Of a stretch of DNA of 64,000 bases, positions 10,035 through 20,090 are shown piece by piece. The translations under genes and the position numbers were made by a program. Source of the DNA: Candidatus Rifleibacteriota bacterium (GTDB lineage: Bacteria; Muiribacteriota; Ozemobacteria; Ozemobacterales; Ozemobacteraceae); contig JAAYNI010000010.1 of assembly GCA_012520995.1 (NCBI GenBank), forward strand, positions 7,671 through 71,670, in the 5' to 3' direction. Position 1 is the stretch's first letter; the number at the start of each line of letters is the position of its first letter. The notes beneath the pieces were generated by a model that made no database searches, was not told where the DNA came from, and saw only the letters and a list, made by a program, of their open reading frames with translations.

Positions 10035-10529
10035 ATGGAAATCCTCATTATTCTCTTCTCTATATTCATATTACTTGGATTTTTATACTTGCTTATAAGA
10101 ATTTTCCATATACACTTGTGGTTCAAAGCTAGACAAGCAGGTCTAAAGGTATCATTGACAGAGCTGTTCGGCATGAATATGCGAGGGGTTAATGCGAAGA
10201 ACGTAATGCTGCCTGCAATAATGCTTCACAAAAACGGCATACAAGTTGACACAGGCAACTTTGACGTTGAAGGAGCCGCAAGAATGGACGACTTGGAATA
10301 TCTTGACAAGCTTGCAGAACAGGAAGAGCAAAGAAAACTTGAAGCAGAAGAGAAAGGTTCCGTAGATTTATCTGACCTTGAAGCCCACGCATTAGCCGGA
10401 GGAGACCCAAGAAAAGTAGCTCTAAACATGATCGCTGATAAAAAGGCTGGCCGCAAAGTCAGTTTTAGAAGGTCTGCCGAGATAGACCTGCCCAAAACTT
10501 CCAAACCCACAAAATTAAGGCGGGCATAA
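10035..10529 (+). CDS. FloA-like N-terminal domain protein; truncated flotillin-like protein lacking the SPFH domain
   Basis: The N-terminal TM segment and LWFKARQAGLKVSLTELFGMNMRG ... AHALAGGDPRKVALNMIADKKAGRKVSFRRSAEIDL align with the FloA/YqfA N-terminus as I recall it. The ORF stops where the SPFH domain would begin, and the 70 bp before fba carry no remnant of it. Confidence 0.5.
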   Translation: MEILIILFSIFILLGFLYLLIRIFHIHLWFKARQAGLKVSLTELFGMNMRGVNAKNVMLPAIMLHKNGIQVDTGNFDVEGAARMDDLEYLDKLAEQEEQRKLEAEEKGSVDLSDLEAHALAGGDPRKVALNMIADKKAGRKVSFRRSAEIDLPKTSKPTKLRRA

Positions 10530-10550
10530 AATATGCCGCTAAAGGAATTT

Positions 10551-10579
10551 TTGACAAATAAATGGTTAATTGTTAACAT
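10551..10579 (+). promoter_or_regulatory. sigma-70-like promoter candidate for fba
   Basis: TTGACA (10551-10556), a 17-nt spacer, then TAACAT (10574-10579). It lies about 65 nt upstream of the fba start. Confidence 0.4.
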
Positions 10580-10583
10580 TTAA

Positions 10584-11585
<1,002 letters not shown>

Positions 11586-11634
11586 TAAAAACAGAAGTTC
11601 GAATCTGTAAAAATCAAGTTGAGAGAGTATCATA

Positions 11635-13119
11635 ATGAAAAAACGTAATTCAGTGCTCGTGGATGGGAATATCGCGACCATTAAGCTAGACATTTACGCT
11701 TCTATCTGGGAGGACATCCTTGTAGACAATATTGTTCTCATGGCCGAAAAAAGCGAAAGACGCGTAAGACTCTTCTCTATGAACACAGGTGAAGAGCGCT
11801 TCAGATGTGACCTTGACAACAAGTATATGGATCTTCTGAACGCTGCTCCGATTAAACGCATTACCAATTCATCCTATCCAGACTCGGAAATTTACAGATT
11901 CGAACCCTTCGATCTATCAGGCACTCTGATAGATGCCTTTGAAGCACAAACCAGAGCACGCTATGACGTGGCGGCAGGGCTTTATCAAAAGCTGGCAGAC
12001 TCAGGTTTCAAATTAGGCTATGTTTACAACCTTATGGGACTTTGCCTGAAACAAACAGGCAAACTCAAAGAAGCTTTGGCAGCCTATAACAAAGCTTTGG
12101 AACTGGAAAAAGAATCAGCTCCCATATATTCGAATATAGCAAAGATGTATGAAAAATCTGAGCATCCTGAGCAGGCAGAAAAACTTTATGAAGCCGCTCT
12201 AATGGTAAACCCCTTCCATTACGGAAGCCTGATAAAATACGCCAACTACTTGCTCACACAAAAGCGCTATGACAACAATGTTAATATAATTCTTTTCAAT
12301 AACTATCTAAGGCTAAAGTCCACATCTGATTACTTTGCCGATCTCTACGATGTCCTAGAAATCGATAAAGAAGAATATGAAGCCAACTTGAACGCGAGAA
12401 CCGATATGTTTTCCTCTAGAGAATTCCAAGACATGCAAAGACGTCTCGTGAACAAAATAAACAATTTGGCATTCCGCAACGCAGCTGAAGATTTCGTAGC
12501 TCTAATTCAACACGTAAAAAACAGCCAAGAAAAGACCAAGGGACTTGAATGGTGTAAAGATCGCATGAACATTTTCGAACAGAAAATGCACAGTTATCCT
12601 GAAAAAGCCGAAATAATAAGCATTTTATTTGATGCCTTTGAAGATGCCGAACCAGGCTTTTATCAGCAAACAGTAGAAGAAACTGTCGGACAAGTCAGTG
12701 AAAAATCTTTGCCCGAAATAAAGCCCCAAGAAAAACCTGTTCAATCTCCTCCAAAAGCCGAAACTCCAGCAAAAGCTCCAGAGACACCGGCTGCAAAGCC
12801 AATTCAAACAGCCGCTAAAATAGAAAAACAGCCTGCCTCTCCTGTGCCTGCCCCTCAAGCAAAGCCGCAAGCTGCTGCCGTCAAACCTCAGACGCCCTCT
12901 CAACCCCAAGCTGCTGCTCCAAGACCTCAAGTCAGAACTCAGGCTCCCGTGCCCAAGCAGTCCGAACCCAAAATGCCGGAACTCCCCAAAGCTGCGGGAC
13001 CTCAAAGAAAAATGCCTGATCTGCCGCAAACAGAACAAGCAAAACCCAAAGCAACCACAACTTCTCAACCTCAAGAGCAGCCAAAAAGAAAACTGCCGCC
13101 TCTTCCTGGCGAAAAATGA
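11635..13119 (+). CDS. TPR-repeat protein with a Pro/Ala/Gln-rich low-complexity C-terminus
   Basis: TPR signatures lie at residues 100-200. The C-terminal 130 aa are PQAKPQAAAVKPQTPSQPQAAAP-like low complexity. Confidence 0.65.
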   Translation: MKKRNSVLVDGNIATIKLDIYASIWEDILVDNIVLMAEKSERRVRLFSMNTGEERFRCDLDNKYMDLLNAAPIKRITNSSYPDSEIYRFEPFDLSGTLIDAFEAQTRARYDVAAGLYQKLADSGFKLGYVYNLMGLCLKQTGKLKEALAAYNKALELEKESAPIYSNIAKMYEKSEHPEQAEKLYEAALMVNPFHYGSLIKYANYLLTQKRYDNNVNIILFNNYLRLKSTSDYFADLYDVLEIDKEEYEANLNARTDMFSSREFQDMQRRLVNKINNLAFRNAAEDFVALIQHVKNSQEKTKGLEWCKDRMNIFEQKMHSYPEKAEIISILFDAFEDAEPGFYQQTVEETVGQVSEKSLPEIKPQEKPVQSPPKAETPAKAPETPAAKPIQTAAKIEKQPASPVPAPQAKPQAAAVKPQTPSQPQAAAPRPQVRTQAPVPKQSEPKMPELPKAAGPQRKMPDLPQTEQAKPKATTTSQPQEQPKRKLPPLPGEK

Positions 13120-13155
13120 GGCAATATCCAAGAATACCTTCAATATTAGTATCCA

Positions 13156-13509
13156 ATGTCATCAAATTTAACTATAAATCATAGAACTGAAGGCGATGTC
13201 TGCGTTATAGTTCCTTCCGGTTATCTGGACGACCATGGCGGAGAAGTCCTGTTGGACTTCATTGAAAGCCAAATCAATCTTGGATATAAATTCTTCGTTA
13301 TTGATTTTACGGGAACCCCTGTAATTAACTCGCAAGGGATAGCCCACCTTCTGGAAACAACAGAAATAGTAGCAGACGAAATTGCAGGAGCCATAGGTTT
13401 TACCGGTCTTACCCAGCTCTCTTACAATGTATTCCAGATGATAGGCCTTCTTCAAATGGGCACTTATTACCAAACACCTGATGAAGCCATAGCAGGAGTA
13501 ATTGAATAA
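13156..13509 (+). CDS. STAS-domain protein / anti-sigma-factor antagonist (SpoIIAA-like)
   Basis: 117 aa with a STAS-like pattern (VCVIVPSGYLDDHGGEVLLDFIE...FVIDFTGTPVINSQGIAHLLE). Confidence 0.65.
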   Translation: MSSNLTINHRTEGDVCVIVPSGYLDDHGGEVLLDFIESQINLGYKFFVIDFTGTPVINSQGIAHLLETTEIVADEIAGAIGFTGLTQLSYNVFQMIGLLQMGTYYQTPDEAIAGVIE

Positions 13510-13538
13510 AAAACATTCAGCTCTCTTTAGAGGGAAGC

Positions 13539-15641
13539 ATGCAAACAGCCAACTCCTATCATTCTGGCCACTTCCGGAAGAAAAGCGGTTTTATTTTAGC
13601 AATTGTATTAGTTGCCGGTTTTTTCTTAGTAATATTGGCAACCGCAATTTACTTTCTCACTTCATCCAACCGCGTCAACATCAGCAGAATATTAAACGGA
13701 GAGAAAGCCCATTTAGCGGCAGAAGCTGCATTGAGCTTCGCCATAGCCGACTTGCGCAAAGAAATAATTAAAATAGGCGAGGGAAGAGCCAACCAAAATC
13801 TTCTAGAACTTCTTCTGCAACCCGGAGCGATAGAAAACAAAGAAATAACCGGCTATATTTCCTTTGATAAAATGGACAGTCTAAACCGCCATTTCAGACA
13901 GCATGATCCTGACACCTCCACCGCAATTAAAATATACATAGAACAGCTTCACTTAACTGAAACAGATCCTTCAAGATGGAATGACCCCGCAGTCAAAAAA
14001 GGATTGATAAAAATAGAAGCAAAAGCCAGATGTAAAGGTTCTGAAAGAAGTATCTCTGTTATAAGATCCATAAATGTGGCGAATATCTTGCCTGGTCCTT
14101 TGTCCAAGTTCACCTTTTTCATGAAAAAGAATAAAGAGAACTCACAAGGACAATTCAATCTTATTAAAAATGATTATCAGGGTGACAATACAAACGGTCC
14201 CAGACCCTTGATTCTTTATAATCACAGACTACCGGAACATGGCGCAGATCTTAACGAGATTCTTTCTGAAGAAAAAAAAATAGATATATGGCAAAAGCGC
14301 GGATGGGTGAGCTTGAGCGACTCCACAACTGTTCTTAATCTCTGTTCAGGAGCTGGCAAATATGGAGAAGTATTTCAATTTTATGAAATAAAAAATACTC
14401 TAGACTTTCAACCTGTAAAATTTGAAACTCCAAAAAGCGATTTGCCCCCTAAGTTCTCGCAAACTTTAACATTGCCTTGGGACAAGGCACATCAGAGCAT
14501 AAAAATGATGGATTACAATTTTTCCCATCATTATGTCTTGGACGGCTTTCATGACAAAAGCTCCAGAAAAAACACAAACGCTATGTATGAAGGCAACATA
14601 CTGTCCAGCGATGAGATGAACCGTTACGGATCCGCTTCTTCAATACTGCATCTTTACGGTGACACTCGGTTGGGTTATCAATCACGAACAAAAGTATTCG
14701 GCAGAGTTTATTCGGCTTTCATACGTTTTGCAAATCTGGAAGTCGAACCGACAGATTCATTTTTAAAAAGCACTCTAAACAGCGTTTCTCCTCCTCCCGT
14801 ATATCTGCTCCCATCAAAAAGTCCCTTTGAATACACCCCCGCTCTGGACATCACAGAATTTTTAAACAGAACTATAGGCGGTCCTATTTTAAAAGCGGGA
14901 AACCTGTTTAACTCCTACAAAGAATATATGAATTTTATGAGCCGCATAATAATGCAGCCTTACAATACTTCCTATAATATAATGCAAGATGTCTATAATA
15001 GAACATACCCAAGAACTTTCCCAACTAGAACATCTATAGTGCCTGACTTCCCCAACAGAAATATCACCCTCTCAAAAAACGACTTCACATATTTTTCAGG
15101 AATCCCATCTCTTGAAGGAACAGCTGAGCTAATGAAAAGCAGAGCGACTCACAAAGTGAAAACGATTGCAGACTTCAAGGAAAAATTCTTTAATAACAAT
15201 AATGACTTGGAACTCAACGAGATATTGATTATAGAAAACCTTGAAAACAAGACCCTATATTTACCGCCAGACAGCACCTCGGGTACTATGAGAGTCAAAG
15301 CAGGCGGAGCTATAATTCTTGAAAGAGGCCAACTGGTTTTAGGCGGAATTAAAATGGAAAATCCTAGCGATTCCTTAACCTTGGTAAAAATGTCGCCAGG
15401 AACAATTGCATTTACCTCTTCAAGTCCAGTTCAAGCCAACATCATAGCCCCCAACTCTTCTTTGGGTTATACAAGCTATTTTTCACTTCATGGCACTCTC
15501 GGAATAGAGACTGTTATCCCTGAAAATAACTTTCGAGGCGGAGAAATTTGCTTTAACTGCGATCAAGATCCGACTCAAGAGGGCTATGAGAAATATTATA
15601 GAATATACTTAGGTAAAAATGACAGCTACTATATTAAATAG
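13539..15641 (+). CDS. large PilX-N-like (type IV pilus minor pilin/tip-associated) protein
   Basis: An N-terminal hydrophobic segment is followed by ...KAHLAAEAALSFAIADL, matching the PilX_N pattern (GxAL...AEAG). It sits directly upstream of two prepilin-like genes. Confidence 0.5.
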   Translation: MQTANSYHSGHFRKKSGFILAIVLVAGFFLVILATAIYFLTSSNRVNISRILNGEKAHLAAEAALSFAIADLRKEIIKIGEGRANQNLLELLLQPGAIENKEITGYISFDKMDSLNRHFRQHDPDTSTAIKIYIEQLHLTETDPSRWNDPAVKKGLIKIEAKARCKGSERSISVIRSINVANILPGPLSKFTFFMKKNKENSQGQFNLIKNDYQGDNTNGPRPLILYNHRLPEHGADLNEILSEEKKIDIWQKRGWVSLSDSTTVLNLCSGAGKYGEVFQFYEIKNTLDFQPVKFETPKSDLPPKFSQTLTLPWDKAHQSIKMMDYNFSHHYVLDGFHDKSSRKNTNAMYEGNILSSDEMNRYGSASSILHLYGDTRLGYQSRTKVFGRVYSAFIRFANLEVEPTDSFLKSTLNSVSPPPVYLLPSKSPFEYTPALDITEFLNRTIGGPILKAGNLFNSYKEYMNFMSRIIMQPYNTSYNIMQDVYNRTYPRTFPTRTSIVPDFPNRNITLSKNDFTYFSGIPSLEGTAELMKSRATHKVKTIADFKEKFFNNNNDLELNEILIIENLENKTLYLPPDSTSGTMRVKAGGAIILERGQLVLGGIKMENPSDSLTLVKMSPGTIAFTSSSPVQANIIAPNSSLGYTSYFSLHGTLGIETVIPENNFRGGEICFNCDQDPTQEGYEKYYRIYLGKNDSYYIK

Positions 15642-16107
15642 CAAACTTCAAAATGCCTTTGCTAAACGTTCTTCCTTAAGAACGCTTAAAAAGAGGCAGA
15701 CTGCTTTTTCATTGACTGAGCTTTTAATTGCAATGGTCATACTGGAATTGATTCTTCTGCCCATTACAATAACCTTTTCAACAAGCAGCAAAAATATCTC
15801 TGTCTCCGAACAAGCCTTCATCAAGCATCTACGAGCCTTAGAAATAACAGAACAAATAATAGCTCTCGACTTCAATGTAATTCCCTTGGGACATTTTGAT
15901 GATGACAACTTGAAAGAAGGAATCAAGCTTAACAACGACATTAAATATATGCTTCACTTGACTGATTCTCCTGGATTGCTGAGAGAACTCTCAATTGAAG
16001 CAGACTCATCAAATAACTTCAAATCTATTAAGATAACAATTAAAAGCCAAAGCAATGATGAAAAACCATTTGTTTTGGTCACAATAAAAGCGAACGAAAA
16101 TGCTTAA
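15619..16107 (+). CDS. prepilin-type (type IV pilin/pseudopilin-like) protein with a non-canonical cleavage motif
   Basis: The N-terminus reads KKRQTA|FSLTELLIAMVILE, a class-III leader with Glu at +5 and Phe at +1 but Ala at -1 instead of Gly. It overlaps the upstream gene by 23 nt. Confidence 0.55.
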   Translation: MTATILNSKLQNAFAKRSSLRTLKKRQTAFSLTELLIAMVILELILLPITITFSTSSKNISVSEQAFIKHLRALEITEQIIALDFNVIPLGHFDDDNLKEGIKLNNDIKYMLHLTDSPGLLRELSIEADSSNNFKSIKITIKSQSNDEKPFVLVTIKANENA

Positions 16108-16663
16108 ACCTCTTAAAAATAAAGCCTTTACCCTAACAGAGCTCTTGGTAACTGTAGCTATTACTGGAATTCTGATGACAACTCTTTATTCATTATTCTC
16201 TGCCATGACAAGAAACTATAGTAAGCAGGAATCCTCAAACAAAGCTCTTCAAGAGACTTCACTTTTCATGGCTCAATTAAGGCAAGACATAAACAACGCA
16301 ATTTTCTATGACTCTCTTTTGCCTCAAGAAACACAGTTCTCATCTGAAAACGGGGAGCTCAACTTCAAAATTTATGACAACCACACAGGCAACACAGAAG
16401 AGATATTTTACAAAGTCATACAAAGCGGCAACGAAATAAAGGTTATTCGCACTTTTCAACACAAAGAAAAAGCCTTTGAAACAGAGTCCTTTGAAAGCCT
16501 GCAAATGGATTTTAAATTTTCAGAAAAACAGACTGAAGGCGAAGAAACCCTCTATTCACCCTTAGCTCTCCATGTTCAGCTCAAGGCTGTACAAAAAAAA
16601 GGGAAGGACTTTATATTTAATACTTATTTAGTGCCTATAAGAGCTAACCGCCAACTACTTTAA
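16100..16663 (+). CDS. prepilin-type (type IV pilin/pseudopilin-like) protein
   Basis: The N-terminus reads LKNKA|FTLTELLVTVAITGILM (F+1, E+5, Ala at -1). It overlaps the upstream gene by 8 nt. Confidence 0.6.
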   Translation: MLKPLKNKAFTLTELLVTVAITGILMTTLYSLFSAMTRNYSKQESSNKALQETSLFMAQLRQDINNAIFYDSLLPQETQFSSENGELNFKIYDNHTGNTEEIFYKVIQSGNEIKVIRTFQHKEKAFETESFESLQMDFKFSEKQTEGEETLYSPLALHVQLKAVQKKGKDFIFNTYLVPIRANRQLL

Positions 16664-16765
16664 AAACAGTGGGCAGTGATCAGTGCACCGTGGGCAGAGA
16701 GAACAACGGACAGGACTATTTTGTTCTAAACAATTTCACTGTCCACTATCCACCATCCACTGCAC
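16664..16765. repeat. post-stop-codon intergenic repeat (family shared with 63809-63875)
   Basis: aaaaacagtgggcagtgatcagtgc...ttgttctaaacaatt begins immediately after the TAA of the pilin gene. The related sequence aaaaacagtggtcagtgg...ttgtttagaac follows the TAA at 63808. It contains the hairpin ggacag...ctgtcc. Confidence 0.3.
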
Positions 16766-16841
16766 ACTGAATTTATATTGGCATTTGTTGAAAATTTAAT
16801 TATAATTATTATGTAGAGATGTACAGAAAAAGGAAAGCCGC

Positions 16842-18467
16842 ATGAAAAAAACAATCAGCATAATGCTCTTTTTAGCTTTAATGCTCTTTAATACATATAA
16901 TTATTATCTTTGGGCAGACGAAATCCCTCCCTCATATAAAGAAGGAGAAACTCAAGAAACAACTCCTCCTGCTCAACAAGAGGGAGAAAAAGATGAAAAC
17001 CAAGAAGGGGAGACACAGCCGCCAGAAGATATAACACCTCCCCCCACTCCCGTCACCCCGCCTAAACCTCCAAAACCGCCTCTGACACCCGAACAAGAGA
17101 TTTTTGAAGAATATGGAGTTATCTTCAAATCTGAATCAAAGATTCTCTCTTGGGATACTTCTAAAGTTCAAGCTATAAAAGAAGTTCTTGAATCTGTGCC
17201 CAAAAGCTTTTCATCTTCCACGAAAGTCTTCTATCTTCTCTCCACTTACGAACAATTCGAAATCAAATACAATGGCTTTAATCGCGAATTTGGAGTGGTT
17301 CAATTTGGAGCAGGGGCTCTTGAAGCCTCAAGACCTTACAATATAAAGTTTAAAAATGTCTATGGCTCAGAACCATCCACCACGGACTTGATAAACAGAT
17401 TTAAGGCCATGGCCGCAAGAGGCATGACCTATGCTTATCTCCAAGAAAACCCAGAAATCCCCAGAAAATACAGAGGAGTTCTGAAAAACAGAAACTTCTC
17501 TGAAGTTACCAAGCTTTATGGGCCAGCACAAGAAACCTATATGGTTGTAGCTCCCGGCAAAGACGATATGTGGATAGACTTGGCCTTCGCTGTTGAGATG
17601 TATTTAACAAATCAGGGCGAGCTTAGCTCAATTTGCCCGGAAAGAGCCAAATTTGTAAAAGAAGAAATTTTCGGAGGGGAAACAGTCAAGACTTGGCCAT
17701 ATAAACCTTTACATAAAAAAATAGACCAACCCTCTGTCAATCCCGATCCAAATCCCGATCCAAATCCCGATCCTAATCCCGATCCTAATCCCGATCCAAA
17801 TCCCGATCCTAATCCCAATCCTAATCCCGATCCTAATCCCGATCCTAATCCCGATCCTAATCCCAATCCTAATCCCGATCCTAATCCTAATCCCGATCCT
17901 AATCCCAATCCCAATCCTAATCCCTCTCAAGGCAGCAGATATGTTTTGGAACCATTAAACACAAACAATCCTGGTCCTCCCGTAGAAGAGGAACAAGATG
18001 GGCAACCCTATATTCCTGAAATAGCTGTAATTCAGCAAGGAGGAGCGCTAGACTTGCCTGGAGGCATGAATGAAGCAATAATCGATCTCTGTAAACAGCT
18101 GAATGTTTCTTTCAGCGGCTCAACCGCTGCAATCGGCTATTTAACAACCATTGACACAAAAGATGCCTTTTCACGTGAAAGCTACATATTTGTAACCCAG
18201 AATTCTTGGCATCCATTCTTAGACTCTGAGCGCACAAAAAGATTCCAAGAGATTCTCTTGAGAGAAATGGCTTTCAGATATGCTTATCACAAGGCAGATG
18301 TACTTATAAAGTGGAAACGAGACTTTTCTATGGCCAACGACTATGATGCAATTAACAGTTTTGCAGAAACGGTAATAATGTACATGAACGCTCCTGGACA
18401 TCTGCAAACAATAAACGAAGATCGTTATAAGTTCCTGACAAATGAAGTTAAGCTGAAAAGACCCTGA
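16842..18467 (+). CDS. secreted protein with a Pro-rich N-terminal region and a central (NPDP)n repeat linker
   Basis: Signal peptide MKKTISIMLFLALMLF. Residues 300-360 are almost pure DPNPDPNP... repeats. The flanking domains are unrecognised. Confidence 0.65.
   Translation: MKKTISIMLFLALMLFNTYNYYLWADEIPPSYKEGETQETTPPAQQEGEKDENQEGETQPPEDITPPPTPVTPPKPPKPPLTPEQEIFEEYGVIFKSESKILSWDTSKVQAIKEVLESVPKSFSSSTKVFYLLSTYEQFEIKYNGFNREFGVVQFGAGALEASRPYNIKFKNVYGSEPSTTDLINRFKAMAARGMTYAYLQENPEIPRKYRGVLKNRNFSEVTKLYGPAQETYMVVAPGKDDMWIDLAFAVEMYLTNQGELSSICPERAKFVKEEIFGGETVKTWPYKPLHKKIDQPSVNPDPNPDPNPDPNPDPNPDPNPDPNPNPNPDPNPDPNPDPNPNPNPDPNPNPDPNPNPNPNPSQGSRYVLEPLNTNNPGPPVEEEQDGQPYIPEIAVIQQGGALDLPGGMNEAIIDLCKQLNVSFSGSTAAIGYLTTIDTKDAFSRESYIFVTQNSWHPFLDSERTKRFQEILLREMAFRYAYHKADVLIKWKRDFSMANDYDAINSFAETVIMYMNAPGHLQTINEDRYKFLTNEVKLKRP
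17738..17923 (+). repeat. perfect or near-perfect hexanucleotide tandem repeat (aatccc / gatccw / aatcct), about 31 units, in frame within the 16842 CDS
   Basis: Read directly from the sequence. The units encode the N-P and D-P dipeptides. Confidence 0.9.
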
Positions 18468-18588
18468 ACTAGCAGCAGAAAGTTTTTGGTAACTGGGCAA
18501 ACAGTTAAAATTGTTCACGTTGTTCTCCAACAAAAATTACAACTGCTTTAAACAATAATAAAGCTTAATCTATCTTACATAATAAAAA

Positions 18589-18618
18589 AATCGCAGTTAA
18601 TACTACGATTTTTTTGTT
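18589..18618. terminator. probable bidirectional rho-independent terminator between convergent genes
   Basis: aaaaaaa tcgcag ttaatact acgat ttttttg. The stem is imperfect and flanked by A- and T-runs. It resembles the terminator at 49331. Confidence 0.4.
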
Positions 18619-18687
18619 TTGTTCTAAGGGTTTCTTTTAAGAATAAGAATTTATTATCTACAGGCTGAACAAAGCACTAAGCTTTTC

Positions 18688-19659
18688 TCACTGCTTTTCA
18701 GAGTGCTTTCCTTCTTGAATTTTATCTTGTTCTTTTTGGGCTCTCATCTCTTGATATTCAAGCAAAGATACTTCGTCAAAGTTAAATCTGACTTCGTCTT
18801 GCAATTTCGAGAAGCCTGTGCCAAGAACCTGCTTAGCTTCACCTACTATTATAAAGGCTTTGGGATCAAAAGAATAAATTAAAGTTTGAAGTGCCGGCAA
18901 TTCACCTTTTTTAATGGCAGTTACTAAAAAACCGACTTTTTTGCCAGAGTAAACTCCATGAGCATCAAGCAAAGTGGCTCCGCGTCTAAGCTCTTCAATA
19001 ATAGCTGTTCCTATTGCATTAGCTTGGTTGGAAATTATGAAAACAGATCTGAAAATAGACATTCCTTCAAGAGTCATATCTACCATCTTAGTAGAGATGT
19101 AGAGAAAAATAAGACTGTAAAGAGCACCGTTCAAGCCAAAAATAAAAGCCGTACAAGCGATCACCGCAGAATTAGTCACAAACATAGAATAGCTGATGGG
19201 AACTCTCAGTTTAACTTGCAGTATCTGATTCAAAATATCTGTGCCGCCGGTAGTTCCGCCTGCTTTGAAAGCCAATCCTATGCTCAAACCGCCCAATATT
19301 GCACCATACACGGTAGCAAGATTCATATCGTTTGTAGCTGCCGGTACTTTTATAACTTTCATGAAAAGGTCTGTCATTAACGAAGAAAATACTATGACAA
19401 AAATAGTTTTCTTGGCTGTTTTTGCTCCAACCAGTTTTGTTTGAGCAAATATAAGAATAAGGTTTACAACCAAAATGAACATACCTATAGGAATATTCAA
19501 GGTGGCATAAAACAATGTAGCCAAGCCTGTCAATCCCACAGGAACTATTTTATGCGGAGCGGTAAAAGCTGCAATACTATAGGCCATCAAAAGAGATGAT
19601 ATGACTAGGTATAAAAAGTCTCTTAGCTCAAGGGAGTTTGATTTTTTTGGCATTTTCAC
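18688..19659 (-). CDS. YitT-family membrane protein (DUF161 + DUF2179)
   Basis: Multi-pass membrane N-terminal part plus a C-terminal DUF2179-like domain (GATLLDAHGVYSGK...IVGEAKQV). Confidence 0.7.
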   Translation of the reverse strand: MKMPKKSNSLELRDFLYLVISSLLMAYSIAAFTAPHKIVPVGLTGLATLFYATLNIPIGMFILVVNLILIFAQTKLVGAKTAKKTIFVIVFSSLMTDLFMKVIKVPAATNDMNLATVYGAILGGLSIGLAFKAGGTTGGTDILNQILQVKLRVPISYSMFVTNSAVIACTAFIFGLNGALYSLIFLYISTKMVDMTLEGMSIFRSVFIISNQANAIGTAIIEELRRGATLLDAHGVYSGKKVGFLVTAIKKGELPALQTLIYSFDPKAFIIVGEAKQVLGTGFSKLQDEVRFNFDEVSLLEYQEMRAQKEQDKIQEGKHSEKQ

Positions 19660-19700
19660 TGTCCGAATTTATTTTTTTGTTGGGTGCATGATACCACAAG

Positions 19701-19743
19701 TGAAAAAAAGTGCAAGAAGCATCTTGAAGATGCCTCTTGCACT
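19701..19743 (-). terminator. rho-independent terminator after the P-II-like gene
   Basis: 14-bp stem gtgcaagaagcatc / gatgcctcttgcac with one mismatch and loop ttgaa. On the minus strand it is followed by a U-run (plus-strand A7 at 19703-19709) and starts right after the stop codon. Confidence 0.55.
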
Positions 19744-19745
19744 TT

Positions 19746-20072
19746 TTATTCAGAAGGCAGATTACGTTTTGACAAGCCCACTACACTTGCCAAAGGTATT
19801 GTAAAGAGAATGCCTTTCCCTGGAGAGTTCAACTGTCCTGACTCCACCATAGCCTCAGTTACCTTTTCAACTTGGGAATTAGGGGTAATAATCATTATCA
19901 CTTCTTTGGCTACATCAATATGTATATTTAAAAAGTGTTTAACATCATCTCCGCCAGTACCCCGGCCATAAAATATAGTTCCGCCGCCAGCTCCTGCAGC
20001 CTTTGCAGCGTCAACCACCTTATTTGCCTGTCCGCGTTCCACAATTGTCATTATAAGCACATATTCGTTCAT
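19746..20072 (-). CDS. P-II (GlnB-like) family regulatory protein
   Basis: 108 aa with a P-II-like fold signature (MTIVERGQANKVVDAAKAAGAGGGTIFYGRGTGG...). Confidence 0.65.
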   Translation of the reverse strand: MNEYVLIMTIVERGQANKVVDAAKAAGAGGGTIFYGRGTGGDDVKHFLNIHIDVAKEVIMIITPNSQVEKVTEAMVESGQLNSPGKGILFTIPLASVVGLSKRNLPSE

Positions 20073-20090
20073 ATTATTAAACTCCGTTTC

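Noticed and set aside
10520-10545. Hairpin gggcat-aaaat-atgcc overlapping the FloA-like stop codon as a terminator
   Set aside because: The stem is short, there is no downstream T-run and the fba promoter follows immediately. I do not call it.
12625-13165. Minus-strand ORFs rich in Arg, Leu and Phe inside the TPR gene
   Set aside because: They are antisense to the Pro/Ala/Gln-rich low-complexity tail of 11635-13119. This is a codon-composition artefact.
17612-17930. Minus-strand ORFs encoding GLGS and RIGI repeats
   Set aside because: They are the reverse-complement reading of the NPDP hexamer repeat inside the well-supported plus-strand secreted-protein gene. They are frame artefacts of the tandem repeat.
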